Assembly: GCA_041659525.1 (NCBI GenBank)
Contig: JBAZYC010000001.1
Coordinates: forward strand, 205,731 to 269,730
DNA from: an archaeon
Lineage (GTDB): Archaea; Iainarchaeota; Iainarchaeia; Iainarchaeales; JAAZKV01
Direction of reading: 5' to 3'
DNA: 64,000 nt
The position numbers were made by a program, and so were the translations under genes. Positions 17,950-27,300 of this stretch are shown here, piece by piece. Under the pieces are notes generated by a model, which ran no database searches, had not been told where the DNA came from, and saw only the letters and a list, made by a program, of their open reading frames with translations. How positions within the stretch are numbered: the stretch's first letter is position 1; every line of letters begins with the position of its first letter.

Positions 17950-20253
17950 ATGAAGATTGGCGGATTCAAAGTAGGTGACTTTGTCATCAAAGATATTGGT
18001 GGAAAGCGTGCGCTGATTTTTGATTGTAAGAACTGTGTTTATTCTGCAAGTATTGCAGAGGACCATCACTGTAGATTCCACGCAATAAAAATTTTGCAAG
18101 AAGTGGAAGCAGATAGAGTTGTTTTAGCTGAAGTTTACGAACGTGTTTACGAAGAGAGTCAAACAAAAATGTTAATGGAGGTTGCAAACCTTTCCCAAAA
18201 ACTTTCAGTGGAAGGGGTTTGGAGTTATAACCATTTAGGAAAACCAATTAAAGAATGTGAAGCTTTTTTCCCTGAGCGCCACCAAATAATTGTCAGAGTA
18301 GCAAATGATTTGATTAGTTATGATCCAATTTTAGCTTATCTTTCTCTTTTGCAAGAATTAAGAAAAGAAGAAGAAAAAGTTAGACAGAGTGATCAATTAT
18401 ATGTTTCTTGTGCAGAACCTTATGTTGCTACTCTTGTTGAACTAAAAAATAGATTTGATTCTTTACTTTTAGTAATTAGAGCTAAAAGAATTTTAACAGA
18501 GCTTCAACAAACTCCTGACACTACTCAAATTTACAAATCGCTTTTTGAAGCAGATATTAAACCTAGTTTTATTGGTTCAAAACTTTCTTTCGCAGGAATG
18601 GAGGATTTTGAATTACTTGATGAGTACACTGTTCGTGAATCAAGTGTACAAATTTTAGCGGATCCAAAAAAAGTAGAGAAACTTTATTTCATTAATCCTC
18701 CTGAATATTCTTTAGCGCCTGATCAATATTTTGTTTTAAGTAAAACTAGAGAAATTGTTGCAACATACAAACCGGGTAGAACTTCTCTTTCAACAGTTGC
18801 TACTTCAAGAAAATATTTTGAAAGATTATACGAATCAACAATTAAAGAGGTTGCAGCTTTTAGTAGAGTTCCTCTTTCCCCTGAAGAAATGTCTTCTCTT
18901 GCAAAAGTTGTTGCAAGATATACTGTTGGTTATGGAATTTTAGAAGTAATTTTGAATGATAGAAAAATTACTGATGTTTATATTGATTCTCCAATTGGTT
19001 CAAGACCAATTTATATTGTTCACTCGGATTATGGTCAGTGTCAAACAAATGTTACTTTCACTGAGAACGAAGCAAATTCACTTATTTCAAAATTAAGAGC
19101 AATGTCTTCTCGTCCTTTTGATGAAGCTCACCCAGTACTTGATTTTGATTTACCTGATCTTGAGACTCGTGTCGCAGTAATTGGCCCTCCGCTCTCTCCA
19201 TCAAGTTATGGATTTGCTTTTAGATTACACAAGATGACTCCTTGGACGCTTGAGCAATTCATTGATGTTAATTATCTAAATCCACTCGCAGCAGGAATGT
19301 TAAGTTTCTTTATTGATATGCAATCAACTACATTAATTGCTGGTTCAAGAGGATCTGGGAAAACTTCTTTACTCCAAGCAGTAATGCTTGAGATTCCACA
19401 GAACTCAAGAATAATTGTTCAAGAAGATACTCTTGAATTACCAATCCCTTATATGAAAGAAATTGGTTTTAATATTCAAAGATTAAAAACTCGTTCTCCA
19501 ATTAGTGTTTCTAAAACTGAAACAGAAGTTGATCCTGCAGAAGCACTTAGAACTGCATTACGTTTAGGTGACTCTGCACTAATTTTAGGAGAAGTTCGTT
19601 CTAAGGAAGCTAAAGTACTTTACGAAGCAATGCGTGTTGGTGCTGCTGGTAATGTTGTACTAGGAACTATTCACGCTGATAGTGCTTACTCTGTTTGGGA
19701 CAGAGTAGTAAATGATTTAGGAGTACCAACTACCTCTTTCAAAGCAACTGATTTAGTTATTGTTGCTCGACCAATTAGATTTAAGGGAAGTTTAAAGAGA
19801 GTTAGAAGAATTGTTGAAATTACTGAAATTAAAAAACACTGGACTGAAGATCCTTCTACTCAAGGAGGATTACTTGATTTAATGAAATATGATGCTGGCA
19901 AAGATACTCTTGAATTAATTGAAGATAATTTAAAAGAAAGTGAATTATTCCAAAAGATTCAGAAAACTAGCGGACTTACTGTTGATGATATTTGGGCTGA
20001 GATAAGACTACGTGGAAATACTAAATTGTTTTTAGTTGAACAAAAAAATGCGCTTTCTCTTCCATCTTTACTTGAAGCAGAGAACACTAGTCTTGCTACT
20101 AACAAATTATTTTTAATGAAAGAAACTATGCTTGAAGAGGAAGGTAAAACTAATTACGAACAACTCTTAGGCCAATGGAAGAACTGGGTAACCACTGATT
20201 TGATTCCAAGACTGCAAAAAGCAAAACCTGTGAAAAAAGATAGTGATGATTAA
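17950..20253 (+). CDS. Type II/IV secretion-system ATPase (PilB/FlaI/VirB11 superfamily), 767 aa
   Basis: Track ORF begins at TTG 17896; the first ATG is at 17950 (MKIGGFKVGDF..). Motifs: Walker A GSRGSGKTS, Asp box IIVQEDTLEL, Walker B DSALILGEVR, His box GTIHADSA. It has a ~330-aa N-terminal region and a ~130-aa C-terminal extension, making it longer than typical FlaI. Confidence 0.85.
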   Translation: MKIGGFKVGDFVIKDIGGKRALIFDCKNCVYSASIAEDHHCRFHAIKILQEVEADRVVLAEVYERVYEESQTKMLMEVANLSQKLSVEGVWSYNHLGKPIKECEAFFPERHQIIVRVANDLISYDPILAYLSLLQELRKEEEKVRQSDQLYVSCAEPYVATLVELKNRFDSLLLVIRAKRILTELQQTPDTTQIYKSLFEADIKPSFIGSKLSFAGMEDFELLDEYTVRESSVQILADPKKVEKLYFINPPEYSLAPDQYFVLSKTREIVATYKPGRTSLSTVATSRKYFERLYESTIKEVAAFSRVPLSPEEMSSLAKVVARYTVGYGILEVILNDRKITDVYIDSPIGSRPIYIVHSDYGQCQTNVTFTENEANSLISKLRAMSSRPFDEAHPVLDFDLPDLETRVAVIGPPLSPSSYGFAFRLHKMTPWTLEQFIDVNYLNPLAAGMLSFFIDMQSTTLIAGSRGSGKTSLLQAVMLEIPQNSRIIVQEDTLELPIPYMKEIGFNIQRLKTRSPISVSKTETEVDPAEALRTALRLGDSALILGEVRSKEAKVLYEAMRVGAAGNVVLGTIHADSAYSVWDRVVNDLGVPTTSFKATDLVIVARPIRFKGSLKRVRRIVEITEIKKHWTEDPSTQGGLLDLMKYDAGKDTLELIEDNLKESELFQKIQKTSGLTVDDIWAEIRLRGNTKLFLVEQKNALSLPSLLEAENTSLATNKLFLMKETMLEEEGKTNYEQLLGQWKNWVTTDLIPRLQKAKPVKKDSDD

Positions 20254-20387
20254 AAGGAAACTATTTTTTAATCTAGTTTTATAAAAAAATTAATTTTTAA
20301 AAAAGTTTTCCAACTTATTGTAAGATGTGTCCAGGAATTTGAGTTATTAATTAAATAAAAAACAAAAAAAATTAAAGAATTGAGATT

Positions 20388-22292
20388 TTATCTCAATCTT
20401 ACAGTTTCAAGGTTTCTTATTGCGGTTGAAGAGATTCCAAATTTAGCTGCGCAGTATTTAGAGAATTCTACTGCTCTCATTGGGTCTCCGTGGTTTACTA
20501 TAATCTTTTTTGGTTTGGGTTTTAGTGAAGCAACATAAGAAGTTAATTGATTAAAATCAGAGTGTCCACTAAATCCATCAATTGTTTCTATTCTCATTTT
20601 AACATCAAGTCTCTTTGTTTTTCCATTATCAGAAATCGGGAGTGTTTTAAGTCCTTGTTGAATTTTTCTTCCAAAAGTTCCTTCAGCTAAGTAACCAACG
20701 AACACTAAAGTATTTGCAGGATTCTCAGCGAGTTTGTAGAAGTAATCCATTATTGGTCCGCCGTTCATCATTCCGCTTGTAGCAAGTATTACTGCTCCGC
20801 TTCCTGCACAAATTTTTTCTCTATCTTCTTTCTTTGCTTCTTTAAATAAATTTGAATCAAATGGAGAATCATTTGTTAAAATTCTTTTCTCAATACTTTG
20901 TCTTAAGTATTCAGGATAAGCAGTGTGTATTGCACTTGCTTCTCTAACCATTCCGTCAACGTAAATAGTATTTTTTTCACTCAAGAGTCCTCTCTTGTAT
21001 GCATCTTCAATTACCATGCACATCTCTTGTCCTCTTCCTACTCCAAATACAGGAATGATTACGTTTCCGCCGAATTGAGTTGTTTCTTGAATTATTTCAA
21101 TTAATTTTTGTTCAGCTTGTTCGCGAGTCATTTGAACTGCGTCTTTTGATCCATAAGTACTTTCAATTATTAGTGTTTCAATTCTAGGATATTTTATATC
21201 AATATTATCAAACAATCTAGTCATTCCATATTTGATATCTGCACTGTAAACTAAATTATGAGAACCTTCTGCAATGTTTAAGTGTACTGAAGCTGAACCC
21301 AAAATGTGAGCAGCATTGTGTAGAGTTAGTCTCATATCAGGAGCAATATCAGTTACTTCTCTATATTCTCTTGTGATTGAATGCATTAATGCATTTTTTA
21401 CATCTGCTTCTGCGTAAGGAGCAATTTTTTCTTGAGCAACACTTACATCAAGATAATCGAATTGTAGTAGAGTCATTAAGTCTCTTGTTGGTTCTGTACA
21501 ATAAACTGGTCCATCATAACCCATTTTGTAAATGAATGGAAGTAAGCCAGTGTGATCTGAGTGTGCGTGTGAAATTACAATTGCATCTATTTCACTTAAA
21601 GGATAACCTAGTGAATCAATGTAAGGGTAGGGATCATCTGCACTAAAATTTAATCCAGCATCAAGTAGTACTTTTGTAGCTTCGGTTTCAACAAGCATAC
21701 AACTTCTCCCAACCTCTCTAAATCCACCTAACGCAGTGAATCTAATCCATTGTCTTTTTGTATCAGATTTTTCTGCATAAATTTGTTCAGCTGTTTTTAA
21801 TAAGAATTTTTTTCTTTCATCAGCATGTTTGAATAAGTGTTTTCTAATTCCAGAAAGAGTATCAGATTTTGTTGTTGGTGCTCTTAATATTCTAGGAGTC
21901 CATCCTGTTTCAAGTATAATTCTTTTTGATAATTCTCCGCCCTTTCCAATTACTAGTCCTTTTTTTACTGCTTCAATTACTACTTCGCAAAATGGTTCTT
22001 CAAAGTAAATATCTTTTACATCCGCTTCTTTTGGAATCATTTCCAATATTTTTTTTCTTGCTTCTTCAGGATTTGATAAAAGTGATTTGTCTGTTCTAAT
22101 ATTAACTCTCTTTTTTAATTCAAAAGCTATTTTTGAAACTAAGTTTTCTGTTCCAAAAAATCCAGCTGGGTTTCTTGTGTAAATAACTACTTCAGGCCCT
22201 TCCATCTCTACTTTTGTTACTCCACATGAAGAGGGAACTATTTTTTTTATTATTTCGTTTATGTCGTCCAGTATTTTTATTTTTTGTACCAT
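20388..22292 (-). CDS. fttA: aCPSF1/FttA: KH-domain beta-CASP metallo-beta-lactamase ribonuclease (archaeal transcription termination factor)
   Basis: Track start is TTG 22301; ATG at 22292 (MVQKIKILDD..). It has N-terminal KH-like segments (LVIGKGGELSKRI), the MBL motif ISHAHSDHTG, and beta-CASP/RMMBL-like C-terminal parts (..GFSGHSD.., ..VNHGDP..). The ~634-aa length is typical of aCPSF1. Confidence 0.92.
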   Translation of the reverse strand: MVQKIKILDDINEIIKKIVPSSCGVTKVEMEGPEVVIYTRNPAGFFGTENLVSKIAFELKKRVNIRTDKSLLSNPEEARKKILEMIPKEADVKDIYFEEPFCEVVIEAVKKGLVIGKGGELSKRIILETGWTPRILRAPTTKSDTLSGIRKHLFKHADERKKFLLKTAEQIYAEKSDTKRQWIRFTALGGFREVGRSCMLVETEATKVLLDAGLNFSADDPYPYIDSLGYPLSEIDAIVISHAHSDHTGLLPFIYKMGYDGPVYCTEPTRDLMTLLQFDYLDVSVAQEKIAPYAEADVKNALMHSITREYREVTDIAPDMRLTLHNAAHILGSASVHLNIAEGSHNLVYSADIKYGMTRLFDNIDIKYPRIETLIIESTYGSKDAVQMTREQAEQKLIEIIQETTQFGGNVIIPVFGVGRGQEMCMVIEDAYKRGLLSEKNTIYVDGMVREASAIHTAYPEYLRQSIEKRILTNDSPFDSNLFKEAKKEDREKICAGSGAVILATSGMMNGGPIMDYFYKLAENPANTLVFVGYLAEGTFGRKIQQGLKTLPISDNGKTKRLDVKMRIETIDGFSGHSDFNQLTSYVASLKPKPKKIIVNHGDPMRAVEFSKYCAAKFGISSTAIRNLETVRLR

Positions 22293-22343
22293 TTTATTCA
22301 AATCCTTTTTTGTTTTTTTTAATAATTTTTTATTAATGCAATT

Positions 22344-22420
22344 AATTAATCTTTATCAACAATTAATCTTTTTTAATAATTAATCTTAATGTAAATTAAT
22401 TTTTTTAGGCAATTAATTGA
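22344..22420. repeat. AT-rich 17-nt periodic repeat upstream of fttA
   Basis: AATTAATCTT occurs at 22344, 22361 and 22378 (exact 17-nt spacing). Degenerate copies follow (ATTAATTTTT, AATTAATTGA). Confidence 0.6.
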
Positions 22421-22472
22421 ACTCATTTTTTTCAAAGTGAGTTTAAAGAAAAATAATTAAGCAGCGAACAAA

Positions 22473-23225
22473 TTACATTTTTGGTAGTTTTGCAAAATTG
22501 ATTTTTGTTTTGCTAATTGCTTTTTCTATTTCTTTTGGATCAACTATTCTAAATCCTTCTTTATCTATTATTACTGCTGAAATTGTTTTTCCACCAGTGT
22601 AAATATCTCTGTTCTTTGAAGCCATTACTGCTTTTACTGCGAGTGCAATAGCATCGTCTTCGCTTAGTCCTTCTTTGTAATCAGCATCAAGTATTGAAAT
22701 TGCAAAGTCAGATCCTGAACCTGTTACTCCGTATCTTTTTTTATCAGCTATGCTTCCAACTGGATCAATTTCATATAATTCAGCAATGTGATTTACTCCG
22801 CCAATTAAAGGCATAAACATAAATGGGTAGTATCTGTTTCCGTTTAATACATTTGATAATAATGAAGCAACTGCTTTTGGAGTTATTTTTGTTCCTCTTT
22901 CTACTTCATATAATGCTGCTTGGGCTTTTAAAAATCTTATAATTGCTAGTGCGTCTCCTACTCCTCCTGAGATTGTTAGTGCAACAAAATCTGTTATTGG
23001 GTAAATTTTTTGTGCATCTTCATCAGCTACAACGTTCCCCATTGTTGCTTGTTGATCTGCTGCTAATAAAACAAAATCTGCTCCAACTACCCCTACCGTA
23101 GTTGTTCCTGTTTTTTTGTTCTCCATTTTGTGATTAGGATTAACTGGAGTATTAACTGAACTAAATTTTACTCTTTCGCTTATCATACTAATTGGTAATC
23201 CTTCAATTTCTCGGTAATGATTCAT
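22473..23225 (-). CDS. psmB: Proteasome beta subunit (start uncertain)
   Basis: ..MENKKTG|TTTVGVVGADFVLLAADQQATMG.. shows the classic propeptide-G/TTTVG catalytic Thr N-terminus of the archaeal 20S beta subunit. In-frame ATGs occur at 23225, 23186 and 23126. The 23126 start would give a 7-aa propeptide like known archaeal PsmB. The track start 23294 is probably too long. Confidence 0.9.
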   Translation of the reverse strand: MNHYREIEGLPISMISERVKFSSVNTPVNPNHKMENKKTGTTTVGVVGADFVLLAADQQATMGNVVADEDAQKIYPITDFVALTISGGVGDALAIIRFLKAQAALYEVERGTKITPKAVASLLSNVLNGNRYYPFMFMPLIGGVNHIAELYEIDPVGSIADKKRYGVTGSGSDFAISILDADYKEGLSEDDAIALAVKAVMASKNRDIYTGGKTISAVIIDKEGFRIVDPKEIEKAISKTKINFAKLPKM

Positions 23226-23375
23226 AAAAATCCCTGCTCTCCAAAAACACTTTACTACTTTTCTTTTAACTCTCTTGCAAAAAATAAAAGGCAATTCAAC
23301 TAAAAACAGTTACTAATTAATTTGCATTTGAAAACCTTTAAAAAGCTATCCAGAACCCTCTTTCGCTAGCTAAAT

Positions 23376-23609
23376 TTACTCACTTAATCTTACTCTAATT
23401 TGAGCTAATTCACTTCTCATTTTCGCAAGTGATTTTTCCTTTAAAGTTCGGGCAGTTTCTGACATTAAACTATAATTTCCTGGTCTACCAATTTTTTGTA
23501 TTGCCACCTCTAAAGATTCTGCTCTTGATTTTAAAGATCTAACTTGAATAGGAGTTAGTGCCGCTTTAGCTAAACCAATTTTTGCACCAGTTTTTCTTCT
23601 TGGAGACAT
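23376..23609 (-). CDS. Small basic hypothetical protein, 77 aa
   Basis: ATG-initiated ORF on the same strand as its neighbours, with K/R/E-rich helical-looking sequence (MSPRRKTGAKIGLAKA..). No family recognised. Confidence 0.4.
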   Translation of the reverse strand: MSPRRKTGAKIGLAKAALTPIQVRSLKSRAESLEVAIQKIGRPGNYSLMSETARTLKEKSLAKMRSELAQIRVRLSE

Positions 23610-23671
23610 AAGTTCACTTCAACAATAAGTAATTCTCTAAAGAATATAAAACTTTCTTAGTAATCAAAAAT

Positions 23672-24193
23672 CTATTTAAACTTTTTTTTCATTACTTTTC
23701 TAATTTCAAACAACGTGGCGTGCACCCCAAGTTCTCCGTTTTCTGCTAGTCTTCTTGTTTCTCTGGCCATTGCTCTACTTGCACGATTGTTTTCTGCTAC
23801 TGTTGCTGTTCCATTGAATTGCTTCTTAAGACAATCTCGTTCTGTTTCATTTAAATTTGCTTTTGCAATCATGAAAAGAAAAAAACTTGCGTTTTTATTT
23901 TTTACTTTCTTACTCAAAGTTAAACAAAGTTTTCTGCTTCCAAGAAGTCTTGCCGCAAGTTCATTTTCAGACTTAATACTTTTCTTTAATAATTTTAACC
24001 CAGCAAATTGTGAAACTAATATTGATATTGTAGCAGCAACCGCTTTTGGTGAACTAAAAGTATTCATCACCCAAAAACCTATAGGTATGGTTCCAAAAAC
24101 TGTCCCTGTCCCTACTTTCTTTGAAGACTCAAGTCGGTCTAAATAAGAAGCGGTCTTATTAATGGTTTTCTGTCTATTAAACGCTTTACGCAT
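23672..24193 (-). CDS. Hypothetical protein (~173 aa)
   Basis: Track ORF starts at TTG 24202; ATG at 24193 (MRKAFNRQKT..). I prefer it over the antisense ORF 23715..24146 because its composition resembles neighbouring genes and the strand matches. No family recognised. Confidence 0.45.
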   Translation of the reverse strand: MRKAFNRQKTINKTASYLDRLESSKKVGTGTVFGTIPIGFWVMNTFSSPKAVAATISILVSQFAGLKLLKKSIKSENELAARLLGSRKLCLTLSKKVKNKNASFFLFMIAKANLNETERDCLKKQFNGTATVAENNRASRAMARETRRLAENGELGVHATLFEIRKVMKKKFK

Positions 24194-24319
24194 TAAATAC
24201 AAACGTATTTAGAATATAAAAAACGTAATCCTCCCTTTTAAAATTTGAAACCATCGCAATTCCAAAGTTAACCTATTTGTGCACGCATTTTCCCTAAACT
24301 CGCCATTGCAGATTAAACA

Positions 24320-27300
24320 TTAAATATTCTTTTTTTTCTTTACTATCTGATTCACTGTTAAAATAATTAGAATCACTAAAATAAAAATAACTCCGAAGCT
24401 TATTGAAGAAGTTGTATCAAGTCCAAAAAATGCTGTCGGACCCAAAGTATTTTCCTTAGGCGCTTCTTTTATTGAAAAAGAAGGAACAACTATTTCTTCC
24501 ACCCCCCTAATTTGTTGATTTGAACTACTATCTAATTGAGCAACTATTGATTTATCAACAAAAACATTTTCATCAGAATCAATTATTTTATTTTGATCCA
24601 CTACTGGAATAGTTACTACAATAGGCGCTCCACTTCTTCCACTTCCCCCACTAGATCCACTTCCAGAACTTCCCCCTGAATTATTTGTAGAAACAGTACT
24701 TATAGCATTACCACAAACTTGACCAGCTGAACAATCAACTTCAGATTGAGTTGAATTCAAAGAAAGAACACTTGGAGATGAATTCACTGACTCAGATGCA
24801 GAATCCAAAGCTAAAGCAGGAACTGAAAGTGGAGCCGATTCTTGTTGCCAATTTAATATAGGATAATTATTACTCACCTCTTTCCAATTATTATTAAAAT
24901 CCCAATCCCTAAAAGTTAATTTTGTTTTCATTTCGCTAGTTGTTTTACCAATTCCGCCCGCACTAATTATTTGTCCTGAAGAGTTAATATCCCAAAAAGA
25001 ATTAGTCACAGTCTTCCAAGGAGAATAACCTACTAATCCTCCAACATTATTTTGTCCAATTACTTTTCCAATTGAGTAAGAATTATTTACTTTAAAATAA
25101 TAATCTAAGTTTCCTACAAGACCACCAACATTACTTGCTCCATTTACATCCCCTGCCGAATAAGAATTATTTATCAAAGAACCATCTAGCGAACCATAAA
25201 CTCCAGAAAATCCAACAAGACCACCAACATTACTTTTCCCAATTACACTTCCGACTGAAGAAGAATTATTAATTTTGCATCCATTAAAAGCACCCATTAA
25301 TCCGCCTACATTATCCCCAGTTCCAACTATCTTTCCAGTTGAAAAAGAATTATTTATTACACATTCCCCATACATAGAATAACCGGCTAATCCTCCAACA
25401 TTATTTGTCCCACTTACGTTTGCAGTTGAGTATGAATCAGAAATTGTCCCTCCATTCCAACCAACAAGACCACCAACTTGATCTATTCCATTTACCTTTC
25501 CAGTTGAATAAGAATTGTTTATAGAACCAACAAAAAATCCAGTAAGCGCACCAACTTGGGTACCCCCAGTTATATTTGAGTTAACTAACCCAACATCCTT
25601 AATTGTAGCTCTGAAAGTATAGACAAACAAACCAACTTGTTTTGCCGAAGGCTTATTTATGTACAAATCAGAAATAATTTTTCTGTTTCCATCAAAAATT
25701 CCAGTAAATCCTTGATTACTATTTCCAATTGGATTAAATCCTGCTCCACCGTTCCAATTCTTTGTTTCAGAACAATTAATATCTTGACCCAAAACATAAT
25801 TTCCACTTAAATTATTAGAAACACTTTGCAAATCAGAACAATTACATAAAACAGAAGCACCATTAACTTTTGAGCTACTTACACAAGTTTGACCACAAAT
25901 AGTTGATTGGTTTGCAAGGAAAGTACACTCTAGTGCATCATCAATACCAATCCTGTTGCCTGATGCTGAATTAGACGTTGCATTAATGCACTCACTCCTA
26001 TAATAATTTGTGCACAAAGTGTTGCCTGTGAAAATATTATTTGAGCTTGTTCTAATCTCAAATGCTCTTTTATTATCATAAATATTATTATTAATAATTT
26101 TATTTCTTTGAGAAGATTCTAAATAAATTCCTCCAGCAAAATACCAAGTTCCAACACGGCCATTGTCATGCAATTGATTTTGTTGTATAAGACTATCATT
26201 TACTCTTGAAAAATAAACTGCCGCACCATAGTCACTTCCATAAACGTCATTATTTGTTATTGTAATAAAATTTGAGTCAGTTACATATATTGATGAATCC
26301 CAAGAAGAGGAAAAATTGTTGTCAATAATAGCAATATTTTTTGATCGCTGAATATTTATTATAATATTCGCTTCACGAGTAACACGACAATTTTTTATAG
26401 TTACATTATTTCGATCTATAATAGTGAATACTGTTCCATTGTACCCAGGAAATATTTGAGTATTTCCACAATCAACTACAACATTATCAGCAACAATATT
26501 CATATTAGTAAAAGCTTGGCTTTGAGGGCAAAATGCTATTGAAGAAGTTACTTGCATATTGCTTATAGGATTAACGCAAGTTGAAGCTGTCGGTGTATTA
26601 GTGCAAGAACTTGAAGTAGTTGCAGGGCTCAAGCAAACATCAGTGGTCAAAAAATTGTTATCGTTGCACTGAGAATCATTAATACATCTAATAGGAGTAT
26701 AACTACAAGCACTAGAAATTGTTCCTGGATTTGTACAAACATCTTGTGTATTAGCATTGCTATCATCACATGCTGCATCATTTAAACAAGCTATTGCTTG
26801 ATGAGTACAGCTACTTGAAATTGTTCCAGGGTTTATGCACTTATCAAAAGTAAAAAAATTATTATCATTACAATTCAAATCAGTGGAACAAGTAGGAGTA
26901 ATACATAAAGCATTATTACAAATTTGACCAACTGAGCAACTTGTTTTCAATTGATTTGCATCCACCGAGGAACAAGCAGCAGAAATAGTTCCAGGATTAT
27001 TACAAGTAAAAGTTCTAAATGTTCCCCAAATATCATTTGTGTTACAAAAAGCATTTCCAACAAAAGCATTAGTTCCACATTGTTCACTAATTGTGCAAGC
27101 AGGAGTCATGCAATTTCCTGCATTACAGATTTGTGGAGAGTCACAAGCAGTTATTGTTGTATTTGAATCACTAGAACTACATACTGAATTGATTGTTCCC
27201 CCATTTGAGCAAATATAAGTTCTATACGTTTGAGTAGAATTATTTCCTAAACAAAAAGCAGTTCCCAAATATCCATCGGCTCCACATTGAACATTACTTG

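Noticed and set aside
23715-24146. 143-aa plus-strand ORF antisense to 23672..24202
   Set aside because: The minus-strand ORF is longer, matches the strand of all neighbours and has K/E-rich composition like other genes here. The plus ORF is L/F/S-rich. This call is not certain, because neither has a recognised family.
24221-24236. GTAATCCTCCC upstream of the adhesin gene resembles the att-like GTAATCCCCCCTCCC
   Set aside because: There are only ~10 matching bases with an internal gap, and no integrase or cargo signature nearby. It is probably chance.
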